From an uncultured Chthonomonas sp. (GTDB lineage: Bacteria; Armatimonadota; Chthonomonadetes; Chthonomonadales; CAJBBX01): a stretch of 64,000 nt of DNA. This document shows, one piece after another, positions 18,501 to 27,184 of the stretch. Positions within the stretch are counted from its first letter, which is position 1. The number at the start of each line of letters is the position of its first letter. Where the stretch lies: positions 7,702 through 71,701 of the forward strand of contig CAJBBX010000118.1 in the NCBI GenBank assembly GCA_903951425.1, given 5' to 3'. Position numbers and translations under genes: made by a program. Under the pieces are notes generated by a model, which saw only the letters and a list, made by a program, of their open reading frames with translations, was not told where the DNA came from and searched no databases.

Positions 18501-18867
18501 AGTCCCACGTGCGGACCTTCCACCAGCAGGTGTCGCGCGACTGCAACGGTCGGCCCTCGTAGAGGATGTGGCAGCTATCGCGGGAGTGGACCTTGCCCGT
18601 GTCCCAGAGGTCGCCGTCGAGCCGCCCCAGTGCCGTGCGGCTTGAGGAGACGACGATCTGGTAGGCGTTCTGGCGGGCTCGCCGCCGCGTGTCGCGCACC
18701 TCCCAGGAGAGCCGGGGTTGGAGCACGTCGATGCCCAGCGGGTCCGCCAGGTACTCGCACCGTAGCCGTCCCGGCGCCTTGAGCCGCTTGTCCGCCTCGC
18801 CGTCCCGTATGGCCAATGCTGTCACCCCCTCCGGCAGGCCGCGCCCGCCGATCCGATGCCTATGCAT
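15517..18867 (-). CDS. Alpha-L-rhamnosidase (GH78) with an inserted discoidin-like domain
   Basis: Canonical GH78 N-terminus LRCEYLADPLGIDVLQPRLSWEV. Later blocks are LYEMRINGARVGDHLLAPGWTDY and a six-hairpin region ...WGEASGIWMIWSHYLTYGD. The insert ...ARYVRLTVTRLQQ...AFALAELEAL is F5/8-C-like. The start is uncertain: no SD before ATG 18867, and a TTG after GGAGGGGG about 45 nt downstream is possible. Confidence 0.85.
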   Translation of the reverse strand: MHRHRIGGRGLPEGVTALAIRDGEADKRLKAPGRLRCEYLADPLGIDVLQPRLSWEVRDTRRRARQNAYQIVVSSSRTALGRLDGDLWDTGKVHSRDSCHILYEGRPLQSRDTCWWKVRTWDSHGLPSPWSRPGFWSMGLLEPADWQADWIGNPVPPPPDSRAHNGYRCLPAPAAECERSVVVDLQAQRSIDGVRLTGARPFDIIPPDAPGYLFPTRFRIDVASEPSFEPCSTVIECTEQDVVNPGCQPWTLRFDRVEARYVRLTVTRLQQCAADGYAFALAELEALDGEENLALGALVTAQEPLEDATWSADRLTDGDIWPHPAGPAVPLPAPMFRRDFGIEGDVRRATLTASALGLYEMRINGARVGDHLLAPGWTDYDRRVQYQTFDVTDLLRPGANAIGAVAGDGWYAGRVAMAQVFRGRLRGIYGRQPRLLAQLEVEMADGSRQVIATDEGWHTTLEGPIRSSDIYDGEAFDARRSMPGWDEPGFDAAGWEPAQVDAGVNPERVAEMCQPVRARNELPAVAVTEPEPGVFVFDFGESFAGWVRLRCAGAAGAVVTVRHGQALDADGRVHFADLRGALQTDRYTLRGDAEGETLEPHFTYHGLRYTEVTGPASAPEAVGVAFGTDLPGAGMFECSDPTLNTLWQAVDRTLRSNTISVHTDCCDRDERLPWVIPDINQAEFYAADMAAFATRAAAEIRSAQLADGGFPNMAPNALKMMEAVPGWGEASGIWMIWSHYLTYGDRRLLEQHYPAARRWAERVVEVCPDYISRGFTFGDWLNGETVLMEGWEREGCAIPMEVMGTACFAHSVSIVTRIARALGEEEDAERFQDLFRRFAEAFEREFIDDEGRVQGDTQAGYAIALAFGVMPDRLRARAVAHLDAAIARSGGRLTTGNITSHLLLQELSRSERHETALRLVTGPECPSWGYMLRNGATAIWERWDGYAPERQGPAERLRWQAVHPWETHIVEGPFQDPGMNSYNHPGYILVAQWMMEAILGIAPSAEGPGFRRFTIRPRVGALRRAKGSYRSMYGIISVAWQADPNRFTLAVTVPPGSTAVAYVPCRSLNTLSEGGEPIAKSHGVKVLGEGADTVRLELAPGAYKFEAAVGRSGGVR

Positions 18868-18913
18868 CAGTATAGTGGACGATCCGGCAACAGGCGGGGC
18901 TCAGGCGCGGCAG

Positions 18914-21046
18914 TCAGTGGGCCACGACGCGGAGACCCTTGAACTCCACGGTGTCGTCGGGGTCGCACAGCTGCCTGGGCGCGGTTAGCGCGACAGCCAG
19001 GCGGCCCTTCGCGTCGGTTTGCGCGGTCACCACCAGCCGGTTCCATCGAGCGGACCAGGCGCCGAGGGCCTCGACGCGCCCGGGGCCTTGCGGCGGGCCG
19101 GCCGACAGCCGGTAGTCCATGCGGCGACCCGATGCCTGCGCCATGCAGACCACGGTGTGGGGCGTGCGCGGCTTCAGGCCGGTCAGCGTTCGGCGCACCG
19201 CCGCGGCGTCGCGCATGGGCCGCAGGACGGCGGCGACCGGCAGCTTCGGGGATCTCGCGGCGCCCTGGCCCATGCCTGCGACCTCCAGGTAGAGTACGCT
19301 GTTGGCTTGCAGGACGGTGTCGATGGTGGCCGTGCCCGCGACTACGGCGACCCGGCGCGTGGCCGTCGGGGCGAGGCCGTCGCGCTTTCGGTACTCGGCG
19401 GAGCGCTCCAGCCACAGCGGCACGTCCTCGGTTCGGAGCGTGCCGGCCACGTCGCCGTGCCATGGCGCGTACTCCGGCTTGTAGAGGATGCCCGCGCCGA
19501 GGTGGCCGCTGTTGGCTCCAGCCACGTAGGGAAGTCCGTGCGCCTCGCGCCACCGCTTCCAGTCGGCCCACCAGTTGTTGTGCGTGGAATCGATCCGATA
19601 CTCGGTCAGGTGCACCGACGCCGCGCCTGTGAGGCCCGCCAGGCGAATGCGTACGCTCTCCGAGCCGCCCGCGTCGAAGCGCTCATTGAAGTTCACGGCG
19701 ACCACGCGGTAGGCGACGCCGGGCTCGTCGGTGGCCGAAGCGATCACGCGGACGTCGTTGGAGGCGTCGCCTGTCGCGCCCGCCCGCCGGACAGGCAGCA
19801 TCCGCTCGCCTTCCAGTTTCTTCTCGATGCGGATGGCGTGGAAGATCGGCGCCTTGGCCTTGTCGGCGTAGGCGCTCGACAGGTCGCCGGTCCCGAGGGC
19901 GTAGCGGTTCCATGCCCACCGGAGGCGCGGGCATTCGGCGTAGGCGATGGTCCGCATGGTTCGAAGTGCCGCGCCCCGGTGGTCGGCGTAGATCACGTCG
20001 CACGGCACGTCGGCGCCGCTCGGGTTCACGCCGCCTTTGATGTCGAAGTAGCCCGCCTCGGGTAGTCCAATCTCCATGGCTCCCGGCAGGCCGGCCGCGC
20101 CCATGCCTCCGGCGATGTGCCTGTACTTCCAGGCGAGGCCGCCGGCATAGGCGCCGGAGGTCTCCACGTTGCCCTGGGCCTGCCGCCGGCGCATGCCGCT
20201 GAGGCTGAAGGGGTTCTTCTCGTCGATCCCCACGAGCGTCCAGTCCGAGAACCCGCAGAACGCGATCCGTGTGCCGGTCTGGCCGGTGGCGAAGTTGCGG
20301 CCTCTGGCCCAGTGCGCGAGGTAGTCGTCGGCCTGCGTCTCGAACGCGCAGTAGATGCCGACGTAGACCGTGGGGCCGAGCACGTTCTCGCACGCGGCAT
20401 GGAAGTGGTCGACCAGCCGCATGTACTCGCGGCGGTTGTCGGCAGGGCTCATATCGGTCTGCGTGCCGGGGACGACGGCCTTGGCCTGCCAGTCTGCCTC
20501 GATGCCGAAGACGAAGGTCCAGGTCTTCACGTTCGAGCGGCCGTACTGCTGCACGAGCCACCGGAGCGCCGACTCGACGTAGCGCTGCCACTTGCCGTAG
20601 TCGCTGGGCTGGCGCACGTTGTAGCCGTACTGGCCCTCTCGATAGCCGCCCTGCACCAGGGGTTCCGGCATGGTGTTGGTGGCCATGACGACCGCAGGAC
20701 GGACCCCAGCCCGGATCGCCCACTCATCAATGGCGGGCGCTGTGCCGGGACTTGGCTTGAACCGGTACTCGCCCGCGGCGTCTACCTCGTAGTTGTTGCG
20801 CGGGTCGCTCAGCAGCCACCAGTCGGCCATCTCCCGGATCGTGCCTTCGAGCCGGTCCACTGCCCAGTTCCGCGGCAACGCAGGCCGGTCGCGCCAGCCG
20901 CCGCGAGCCCACGTATCGTCCACATGCCGGAAGACCCGGTTGCCGTCGACCTGCGCGCGGGTATCCGCGGTGAAGGTCGTCCGAACCGCTGCCGCGGGCG
21001 CCGAGGCCAGCGCCAGAGCGCAGAGCGCCAATGTGCATGCATCCAT
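18914..21046 (-). CDS. Secreted glycoside-hydrolase-like protein, clan GH-A-like (GH39-like?) barrel plus C-terminal beta-sandwich
   Basis: ATG at 21046 is preceded by GGGGAGG and gives MDACTLALCALALASAPAAA (signal). WTFVFGIEADW resembles the acid/base WxxExWNE block of clan A. The family is not assigned. Confidence 0.5.
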   Translation of the reverse strand: MDACTLALCALALASAPAAAVRTTFTADTRAQVDGNRVFRHVDDTWARGGWRDRPALPRNWAVDRLEGTIREMADWWLLSDPRNNYEVDAAGEYRFKPSPGTAPAIDEWAIRAGVRPAVVMATNTMPEPLVQGGYREGQYGYNVRQPSDYGKWQRYVESALRWLVQQYGRSNVKTWTFVFGIEADWQAKAVVPGTQTDMSPADNRREYMRLVDHFHAACENVLGPTVYVGIYCAFETQADDYLAHWARGRNFATGQTGTRIAFCGFSDWTLVGIDEKNPFSLSGMRRRQAQGNVETSGAYAGGLAWKYRHIAGGMGAAGLPGAMEIGLPEAGYFDIKGGVNPSGADVPCDVIYADHRGAALRTMRTIAYAECPRLRWAWNRYALGTGDLSSAYADKAKAPIFHAIRIEKKLEGERMLPVRRAGATGDASNDVRVIASATDEPGVAYRVVAVNFNERFDAGGSESVRIRLAGLTGAASVHLTEYRIDSTHNNWWADWKRWREAHGLPYVAGANSGHLGAGILYKPEYAPWHGDVAGTLRTEDVPLWLERSAEYRKRDGLAPTATRRVAVVAGTATIDTVLQANSVLYLEVAGMGQGAARSPKLPVAAVLRPMRDAAAVRRTLTGLKPRTPHTVVCMAQASGRRMDYRLSAGPPQGPGRVEALGAWSARWNRLVVTAQTDAKGRLAVALTAPRQLCDPDDTVEFKGLRVVAH

Positions 21047-21087
21047 CCTGGTGACCTCCCCTGGGGGCCGACGGCGCAACCGGCTGA

Positions 21088-23151
21088 TCAGTCCTTGAGC
21101 CGTCTCACGGCCAGGTTGCGGAACTCCACGCTGCCGCCGCGCGCGAAGAGGTAGGCCCGGCCCTGCCCGAGCGGTCTCGCCCGGCGCGAGATCATGGTGC
21201 GGCGGCCTCCGATGCAGACATCCACCAGATCATCGCGGAGGATCACTTCCAGCGTGAAGGAGCGGTCGAGGCCCGTCACGTTGCGGATGGCGAAGTCGTG
21301 CCCCTCATGCGGCGGGCGGAGCGAGTCGGGCGCCGGGCCTCCGTCGGCGGGCGTGCCGAACTGCACCGAGGCTGTGGCGGGGTCGAAGCGGATCTCGCAG
21401 TTGTTCGCCCACGCGCCGGAGCTGCCGAAGGCCAGCCCGAAGGCGGCGGCGCTGCGCGGGATCACGGTCAGCGTCAGTAGCGTCCGGGGCGCCACCTCCT
21501 CCAGCGCGGCGCAGGCCTGCCCTTCGCCCCCGCGGATCAGCAGTCCGTCGCCGTGGCGCCGCACCACGCCGGAGATCGGCGTCGGCCTGGGCCTGCGCAC
21601 GGCGCCGCACGCGGGCATCAGCTCGGGCAGGAAGCGCGTGCCGAGCGAGCCGTCGGGGCCCTGCACCAACTCGCGCAGCACCAGGTGGCCGCCCCATCCG
21701 TAGCCCGGCCCGCCCAGCCAGCCCGCCAGCAGGCATCGGCCGTCGCGGTAGGGCGCGGCCTTGGGCACGTAGAGGCCGTCGTAGAGGTCCGGCGCCAGGG
21801 ACTCCCACGGTCCGATGGCGTGGTGCGAGGTCCAGACGGCGCATCGGCCCAGGATGAAGTAGTGCCTGCCGCCCCAACTGAAGTGGTTCGGGCACTCCTC
21901 GCTCACGTCTGGGCCCGGCTCCACGAAGTCGCCGGGCACGTCGGTCCAGTGCCGCAGGTCGTCCGACTCCAGCCGGTTGCCGCCTCCGCGCACCAGGTGG
22001 AACCTGCCGGTCTCGGGGTCCTGGAAGACGTCGCAGTCGTGGCCCGGGACGATGGGGAGATGGTCCTTCTTGAAGTGGACGCCGTCGCGGCTGGTGGCGG
22101 CGTAGATCCACGCGCCTCGGGCGGGCTTGTCACGGTACTCGCACCTCGAGCCGCAGTCGGTGTAGAAGATATGCGTTACGCCCTCGTGGCGGATGATGTC
22201 GCCGGTGCCCATGGCGCACTCCCAGGGCGCGGTGAGCGGCACGGCCATGGGCTGCTCATTCCAATGCACCAGGTCGACGGTGCTGAAGTGGGCATACTGG
22301 TGAGCGCCCTGGGTCCAGCGGCTGGCGTGGTGGCGGCGATCGTAGAGCCAGAAGAGGTGAAAACGCTCGCCGTCGAAGAATGGCATGCAATCGCCGGCCG
22401 ACGTGTTGTGCCCGCGCGGCGCCCAGTACTGGCGGAAGGGCCGGTCGGGGCCCAGTATCTCGCGCCGGCGCCGGTTCGCGTTGCGCTTGCCGCCGGCAAG
22501 GCGGCAGACCTCGTCGTCGCTCAGCGCCCTCGCCCAGACCGCGACGCACTCCACACCATCGGCTGCGGCTCCGAGCCGAAGCGGAGGCAGGAGGCTGAGC
22601 AGGTCGCCGTGGGGCCACTCCTCGTCCACCAGCACGCCGTCGACCCAGAGCTGCAGGTGCGGCGAGGCGTAGCGGACCAGCAGGTCGTGACGACCCGCGC
22701 CGATGCGCTCCATGGGCGCCGAGACGCGAAGCCGCCCCTGCGCCAGGTCGCACCAGGGCTGCCCTGAGGCCGACAGGCGGCGAGCCCAGTCGGCGGCGTC
22801 GGGCTGCACGCGCTCGGCCAGCGGCGTGGTGCGGAACGTGAAGACGACGGCGTCGGGCTTGCGCTCCAGCACCGGCTCGTCTCCTTGCGAGAGGAGGGCG
22901 CCTGTGGGTCCGTCGGCGGGCAGATCCAGGCGCATGGCGAGCGTCATGGCCTGTCCGGCCAGGCGCACGTCGCCGATCGCGCCGGGCAGGGGAACGGGGC
23001 CGCCGTCCGACCGCTGTTCGAAGCCCGTCAGGCCGCGCCGCAACGCTGCGGCCATGTCGTGGCCCGCGAGGCGCCGCGTGCGGGAACCGCCGGGGTCCGG
23101 CGCGTCGGCCGGCAGGAAGAGCAGGTCGGGATTGCGTAATGGCGAGTCCAT
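21088..23151 (-). CDS. GH32-family glycosidase (beta-fructosidase/levanase-like) with N-terminal LamG/concanavalin-like domain
   Basis: Start ATG at 23151 (MDSPLRNPDLLFL). GH32 blocks: AGDCMPFFDGERFHLFWLY (nucleophile block), DVFQDP (RDP-type), SEECPNHF (EC block). The track ORF 21088..24636 extends antisense through the real SBP gene and was truncated. Confidence 0.75.
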   Translation of the reverse strand: MDSPLRNPDLLFLPADAPDPGGSRTRRLAGHDMAAALRRGLTGFEQRSDGGPVPLPGAIGDVRLAGQAMTLAMRLDLPADGPTGALLSQGDEPVLERKPDAVVFTFRTTPLAERVQPDAADWARRLSASGQPWCDLAQGRLRVSAPMERIGAGRHDLLVRYASPHLQLWVDGVLVDEEWPHGDLLSLLPPLRLGAAADGVECVAVWARALSDDEVCRLAGGKRNANRRRREILGPDRPFRQYWAPRGHNTSAGDCMPFFDGERFHLFWLYDRRHHASRWTQGAHQYAHFSTVDLVHWNEQPMAVPLTAPWECAMGTGDIIRHEGVTHIFYTDCGSRCEYRDKPARGAWIYAATSRDGVHFKKDHLPIVPGHDCDVFQDPETGRFHLVRGGGNRLESDDLRHWTDVPGDFVEPGPDVSEECPNHFSWGGRHYFILGRCAVWTSHHAIGPWESLAPDLYDGLYVPKAAPYRDGRCLLAGWLGGPGYGWGGHLVLRELVQGPDGSLGTRFLPELMPACGAVRRPRPTPISGVVRRHGDGLLIRGGEGQACAALEEVAPRTLLTLTVIPRSAAAFGLAFGSSGAWANNCEIRFDPATASVQFGTPADGGPAPDSLRPPHEGHDFAIRNVTGLDRSFTLEVILRDDLVDVCIGGRRTMISRRARPLGQGRAYLFARGGSVEFRNLAVRRLKD

Positions 23152-23217
23152 GGGCGCCCCTCGTTGAAGCGGTCTTGCCGAATGCGGCGGAACGCGTGTA
23201 CCATACCCGGTGTATCC

Positions 23218-23233
23218 TTGGCTGCGTAGCCAA
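23218..23233 (+). promoter_or_regulatory. Perfect 16-bp palindrome TTGGCT-GCGT-AGCCAA 15 nt upstream of the SBP start
   Basis: Read directly in the 96-bp divergent GH32/SBP intergenic region. A nearby direct repeat is GTGTACC...GTGTATCC. Candidate operator or 5'-UTR hairpin. Confidence 0.25.
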
Positions 23234-23247
23234 ACAGGGGGTGGGGC

Positions 23248-24573
23248 ATGAGGCCGGCATGGCGGAACGGACGATGGGCGCTGGCGGTTGCGGCCTGCGC
23301 GGCGGCGGCGTTGCTGCCCGGATGCAAGGGCGGAGGCGAGGGCAAGTCGGGCGACCAGGTGATCCACGTCACCCGCAACATCGGCGGGCGCGCGGGCTTC
23401 CAGAAGCACTGGGACGCATGGAAGGCTGCCTTCGAGAAGAAGAACCCCGGCTGGAAGCTGGAGCTCACCGACCTGGGCAACGCCGACGGCGCCGAGTACT
23501 ACAAGTCGCGCATCGCCACCGACGACCTGCCCGAGATCGTCATGACCTGGCAACTCACCAAGATGCTGGCCGATGCAGGTAAGCTGCAGCCGCTTGACGA
23601 CGCCTACTACACGCGCATCGGCCTGCCGCTTCCCACCGCCTACCAGGGCAAGCGCTACACCAGCCAGGGCGGCACGCAGATCCAGGGCATCGCCGTCAAC
23701 AAGGCCATGTGGGCCAGGGCCGGCATCACCCGCCCGCCCGCCACTTGGGACGAGCTCGTGGCCGACCTGCGCGCCATCAAGGCCAAGGGCATGCGCCCGC
23801 TCGTCTTTGGCTCCAAGGAGTGGTCGGCCAGTATGCCGCTCTGCTATGCCATCGCCACGAACCTCTTCTACGACCCGCCGAAGGCCGGGCAACGTTCCTG
23901 GACGATCCTGCGCGACCAGGGCAAGGCGAAGTTCGCCACCGACCCCACCATGCGCAAGGTGATGGAGAACGTGGTGGCCTTCGTCGGTGAGTTCGTCGAC
24001 AAGGGCGCGGGCAGCGACGGCTACAACGAGGAGCAGCGCGACTTCTACGGCGGCAAGGGCGCCACGTGGCTCATGGGCTGCTGGCTGGGCGGCGATATCG
24101 AGGCCAACAAGGTCGACTTCGACATCGAGTACTGGCCCATCCCGAGCATGACGGGCAAGGCGCCGGCCTACCTCATGACCAGCGGCATCCCGTCCGGCTG
24201 GGCCATCACCACCACCGCCAAGGGGCCGAAGCTGGCCAAGGCCCGCGACGCGCTGGAGCTCTTCTGGGACCCGCAGGTCTTCCAGCTCTTCCTCAACGGC
24301 GAGAGCCAGTTCGGCACGGCTGCTAAGGTCGCCGCCACCAAACCCCAGAGCTCCTGGGCGCCCGCGCAGAAGCTCTTCGACAACATGGACGCCAACATGC
24401 GCAAGTACCGCCTGACGCCCGGCTACCACCTGGCGCTGGACGACTTGCCGCCCATGTCGTTCGTCCAGTCGACCCAGGCCGTGGTCCAGGAAATCGTCTC
24501 CGGCACCAAGGACGTCGACAAGCTGCTGAAGATGCTCGACGACGACTGGGAGGCCGCCCGCAAGGGGATGTAG
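23248..24573 (+). CDS. ABC-transporter extracellular solute-binding lipoprotein (carbohydrate type)
   Basis: Lipobox AAALLPGC. The profile is typical of sugar family-1 SBPs (YYKSRIATDDLPEIVM, GIAVNKAMW, WDELVADLRAIKAKG, WLMGCWLGG). No permease or ATPase genes are adjacent. Confidence 0.85.
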   Translation: MRPAWRNGRWALAVAACAAAALLPGCKGGGEGKSGDQVIHVTRNIGGRAGFQKHWDAWKAAFEKKNPGWKLELTDLGNADGAEYYKSRIATDDLPEIVMTWQLTKMLADAGKLQPLDDAYYTRIGLPLPTAYQGKRYTSQGGTQIQGIAVNKAMWARAGITRPPATWDELVADLRAIKAKGMRPLVFGSKEWSASMPLCYAIATNLFYDPPKAGQRSWTILRDQGKAKFATDPTMRKVMENVVAFVGEFVDKGAGSDGYNEEQRDFYGGKGATWLMGCWLGGDIEANKVDFDIEYWPIPSMTGKAPAYLMTSGIPSGWAITTTAKGPKLAKARDALELFWDPQVFQLFLNGESQFGTAAKVAATKPQSSWAPAQKLFDNMDANMRKYRLTPGYHLALDDLPPMSFVQSTQAVVQEIVSGTKDVDKLLKMLDDDWEAARKGM

Positions 24574-24602
24574 GCGCGGGGTGCCGAACGGGCACCTTGC
24601 GC
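24574..24602 (+). terminator. Stem-loop immediately after the SBP stop codon
   Basis: GCGCGGGGTGCC-GAACG-GGCACCTTGCGC forms a 12-bp stem (two G-U pairs) with a 5-nt loop and a short TT after the inner stem. Confidence 0.45.
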
Positions 24603-24708
24603 ATGCCCTGTCAGTACGCTCAGTAGGGTCGGGCACACTGCGGTCCGACGGCCGCCATGCCCAACCCGTCCAGCATTACGCGCCCGTAGAGGGCGAAGGA
24701 GCAAGTCC

Positions 24709-25764
24709 ATGCCGAAAGCCAGAGCCTACGCCGCCGCCGGAGCCACCACTCCGCTGGCTCCCGAGACCATCCTCCGGCGCGACACCACAGACCGCGACGT
24801 CCGGATCGACATCCTCTACTGCGGCGTCTGCCACTCCGACATCCATCAGGTCCGCAACGAGTGGAGTACCATGATCTCCACGACTTACCCCTGCGTGCCC
24901 GGCCACGAGATCATCGGGCGGGTGACCGAGGTGGGTTCGGGCGTTACGCAGCACAAGGTCGGCGACCTGGTGGGTGTGGGATGTCTGGTCGACTCGGACC
25001 ACGACTGCCCGAGCTGCCGCGCCAACCTGGAGCAGTTCTGCCCGAACTCGGTCTTCACCTACAACGGTCCCGACCGGCACCTGGGCGGCGTTACCTACGG
25101 CGGCTACTCGGAGCAGATCGTCGTCGACGAGCGCTTCGTGCTTCGCGTGCCGGGCAACCTGGACCCCGCGGGAGCCGCGCCGCTCCTCTGCGCGGGGATC
25201 ACCACCTACTCTCCCATGCGCCACTGGGGCGTGGGACCCGGCAAGAAGGTCGGCGTGGTGGGCCTCGGCGGACTGGGCCACATGGGCGTGAAGTTCGGCG
25301 ACGCGCTGGGCGCCCACGTGGTGGTCTTCACCACCTCGGCCTCCAAGATCGAGGATGCCCTGCGGCTGGGCGCCGATGAGGTCGTGCTATCCACCGACGC
25401 GGCTGCCATGGGGCGCCACGCGGGCACGTTCGACTTCATCCTCGATGCAGTCTCCGCCGAGCACGACCTGAACGCCTACATCCGCCTCCTGGGCCTGGAC
25501 GGCAACCTGACCGTGGTCGGCGCGCCCGAGAAGCCCCTGCCCGTGGGCATCTTCGGCCTTCTCTTCGGCCGGCACAGCCTCTCCGGCTCGCTCATCGGCG
25601 GCATCGCCGAGACGCAGGAGATGCTGGACTTCTGCGGCGAAAATGGGATCACCGCCGACGTGGAGGTCATCGCCATCCAGCAGATCAACGAGGCCTACGA
25701 GCGGATGCTCCGCTCCGACGTGAAGTACCGATTCAGCATCGACATGGCCAGCATCCGGGCCTGA
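24709..25764 (+). CDS. Zinc-dependent NAD(P) alcohol dehydrogenase (cinnamyl-ADH / YahK-like)
   Basis: YCGVCHSDIH, PCVPGHEIIG, structural-zinc block DSDHDCPSCRANLEQFC, cofactor loop VGLGGLGHMGV. Confidence 0.9.
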   Translation: MPKARAYAAAGATTPLAPETILRRDTTDRDVRIDILYCGVCHSDIHQVRNEWSTMISTTYPCVPGHEIIGRVTEVGSGVTQHKVGDLVGVGCLVDSDHDCPSCRANLEQFCPNSVFTYNGPDRHLGGVTYGGYSEQIVVDERFVLRVPGNLDPAGAAPLLCAGITTYSPMRHWGVGPGKKVGVVGLGGLGHMGVKFGDALGAHVVVFTTSASKIEDALRLGADEVVLSTDAAAMGRHAGTFDFILDAVSAEHDLNAYIRLLGLDGNLTVVGAPEKPLPVGIFGLLFGRHSLSGSLIGGIAETQEMLDFCGENGITADVEVIAIQQINEAYERMLRSDVKYRFSIDMASIRA

Positions 25765-25785
25765 CATCCGCTCGCCGCCAGTCCC

Positions 25786-25813
25786 GCCGCCCGGCTTGTA
25801 GTCGCCGGGCGGC
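25786..25813. terminator. Bidirectional hairpin between convergent ADH and GH5 genes
   Basis: GCCGCCCGGC-TTGTAGTC-GCCGGGCGGC forms a perfect 10-bp stem. Confidence 0.4.
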
Positions 25814-25842
25814 AGGGAAGCGGCAACCTCATCACGCGGGAA

Positions 25843-27084
25843 TCACATCACGCCGGCATGCAGCCGGTTGAACCGGGCGATGCGGCGTGTGAGGGCCGGG
25901 TGGGTCGCGCCGCTCACGGTCAGCTCCGGCTGCCACGGGAAGTGCCAGACCCAGATCGCCGCCAGGGCGACGCTCTCCTGCTCCAGCGCGTCGATGCCGG
26001 CCACGGTCCAGGCCGCGCCGTGGTCCGCCGCAAAGCTGGGCTTCATCTGGCCGAACTCGCCGAAGAACACCGGAACCCGCGCCGCCTGGGTGGCACGGGA
26101 CAGCACCCGTACCATCTCTGTCGCGGTGAGGCCCCACAGCTTCCAGGGCTCGTCGGCCACCGGGGCGCCGTAGAAGTGGTAGCTGGCCACATCCAGCGGC
26201 TCCGGCTGCGAAGCCAGGTTGTTCGCCAGCATCTCCCGCAGCGTGTCATTGCGGTAGCGGAAGTCGGGGAACGTCTCCCGGCGGCTGGTGCATTCGGGTC
26301 GTGTGGAGGCGTCTCCGCTGGTCACCAGGTGGTTCGGGTCCAGCCCCTTGATGAAGGAGGCCTGTTCCCGGTAGATGCGCAGGATCATGTCCCAGGTCAG
26401 GCTGTCCTCGCGAACGCCCTTCTCGCGGACCTGGGCGCCCGGCGAGTAGACCGCGCGGGGAAGCAGGGCGGCGCCCGCCAGGTCCACGTCCGCCGCGAGC
26501 ATGGCCTCGTTCTCCAGTTCCCACATGAGGATGGTCGGGTCATCCCGGTAGCGGGTCACGAACTCGCGGATGTACTGGTGGGTGGCCTTGTAGGTCTTGG
26601 ATGCGGGGTCCAGGATGGCCTGCGCCGTCTCGCCGCAGTAGTGGTACCAGCCATTGACGGAGTGGAGCGAGGGGACCAGCCCGATGCGCCGCCGCCGACA
26701 CTCGGCGACCAACTGGTCCATCTGCCGCCAGTAGGCCTCCTTGTCCCTGGCGTAGATCAGGTCCGTGTCGCGGGGGTAGCCAGGGCTGGCGAAGAACCGG
26801 ACGAACGCGATGCCGCTCTTGGCGGCGTCATCTAGCGCGGCCAGCATGGCCTGCTTGGCGCGCGCCGGCGTGCCGTAGATCTGCTCGACGTGGAACCAGG
26901 TGCCGAGGTAGGCCTGGTGCAGGTGCGGGATGTTCACGCCGATGGCGCGGTAGGGCTTGCCGTCGCGGAAGAGCGCAGGGCCCTTCCGGCTGACAAAGCC
27001 CGGTCCGGCCGGCGCCGCCACCGCGGTCTGAGCCGCCGCCAACGTCAGGGTCAACCAGAAAGCCAACGCATGGCGGTTCGCCAT
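25843..27084 (-). CDS. Secreted GH5-family glycosidase (cellulase/mannanase-like)
   Basis: Signal MANRHALAFWLTLTLAAAQTAVA. (beta/alpha)8 pattern with the acid/base block ILMWELENEA. Downstream blocks are SYHFY and FFGEFG (nucleophile-type). Confidence 0.8.
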   Translation of the reverse strand: MANRHALAFWLTLTLAAAQTAVAAPAGPGFVSRKGPALFRDGKPYRAIGVNIPHLHQAYLGTWFHVEQIYGTPARAKQAMLAALDDAAKSGIAFVRFFASPGYPRDTDLIYARDKEAYWRQMDQLVAECRRRRIGLVPSLHSVNGWYHYCGETAQAILDPASKTYKATHQYIREFVTRYRDDPTILMWELENEAMLAADVDLAGAALLPRAVYSPGAQVREKGVREDSLTWDMILRIYREQASFIKGLDPNHLVTSGDASTRPECTSRRETFPDFRYRNDTLREMLANNLASQPEPLDVASYHFYGAPVADEPWKLWGLTATEMVRVLSRATQAARVPVFFGEFGQMKPSFAADHGAAWTVAGIDALEQESVALAAIWVWHFPWQPELTVSGATHPALTRRIARFNRLHAGVM

Positions 27085-27154
27085 AGCTCACGCTCCGTGC
27101 GGAAGGATTGGCCCTATCCTAGCACCGCCCGACGCACGCGGGCAAGGGCGAGCG

Positions 27155-27184
27155 CCGTGCCCTCCTCACCGCCGCTCCGGGCCC
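27155..27184. repeat. Left copy of a perfect 30-bp direct repeat CCGTGCCCTCCTCACCGCCGCTCCGGGCCC
   Basis: Identical to 32164-32193. Here it is non-coding, 70 nt from the GH5 start. It is followed by TTTTGA, which echoes GGCCCTTTGA preceding the right copy. Confidence 0.95.

Noticed and set aside
21088-24636. 1182-aa minus-strand ORF treated as a single gene
   Set aside because: Only the part downstream of the ATG at 23151 has glycosidase (GH32/LamG) character. The upstream 495 codons are Arg/Gly/Ala-rich and run antisense through a well-supported SBP gene (23248..24573). It is a composite shadow ORF.
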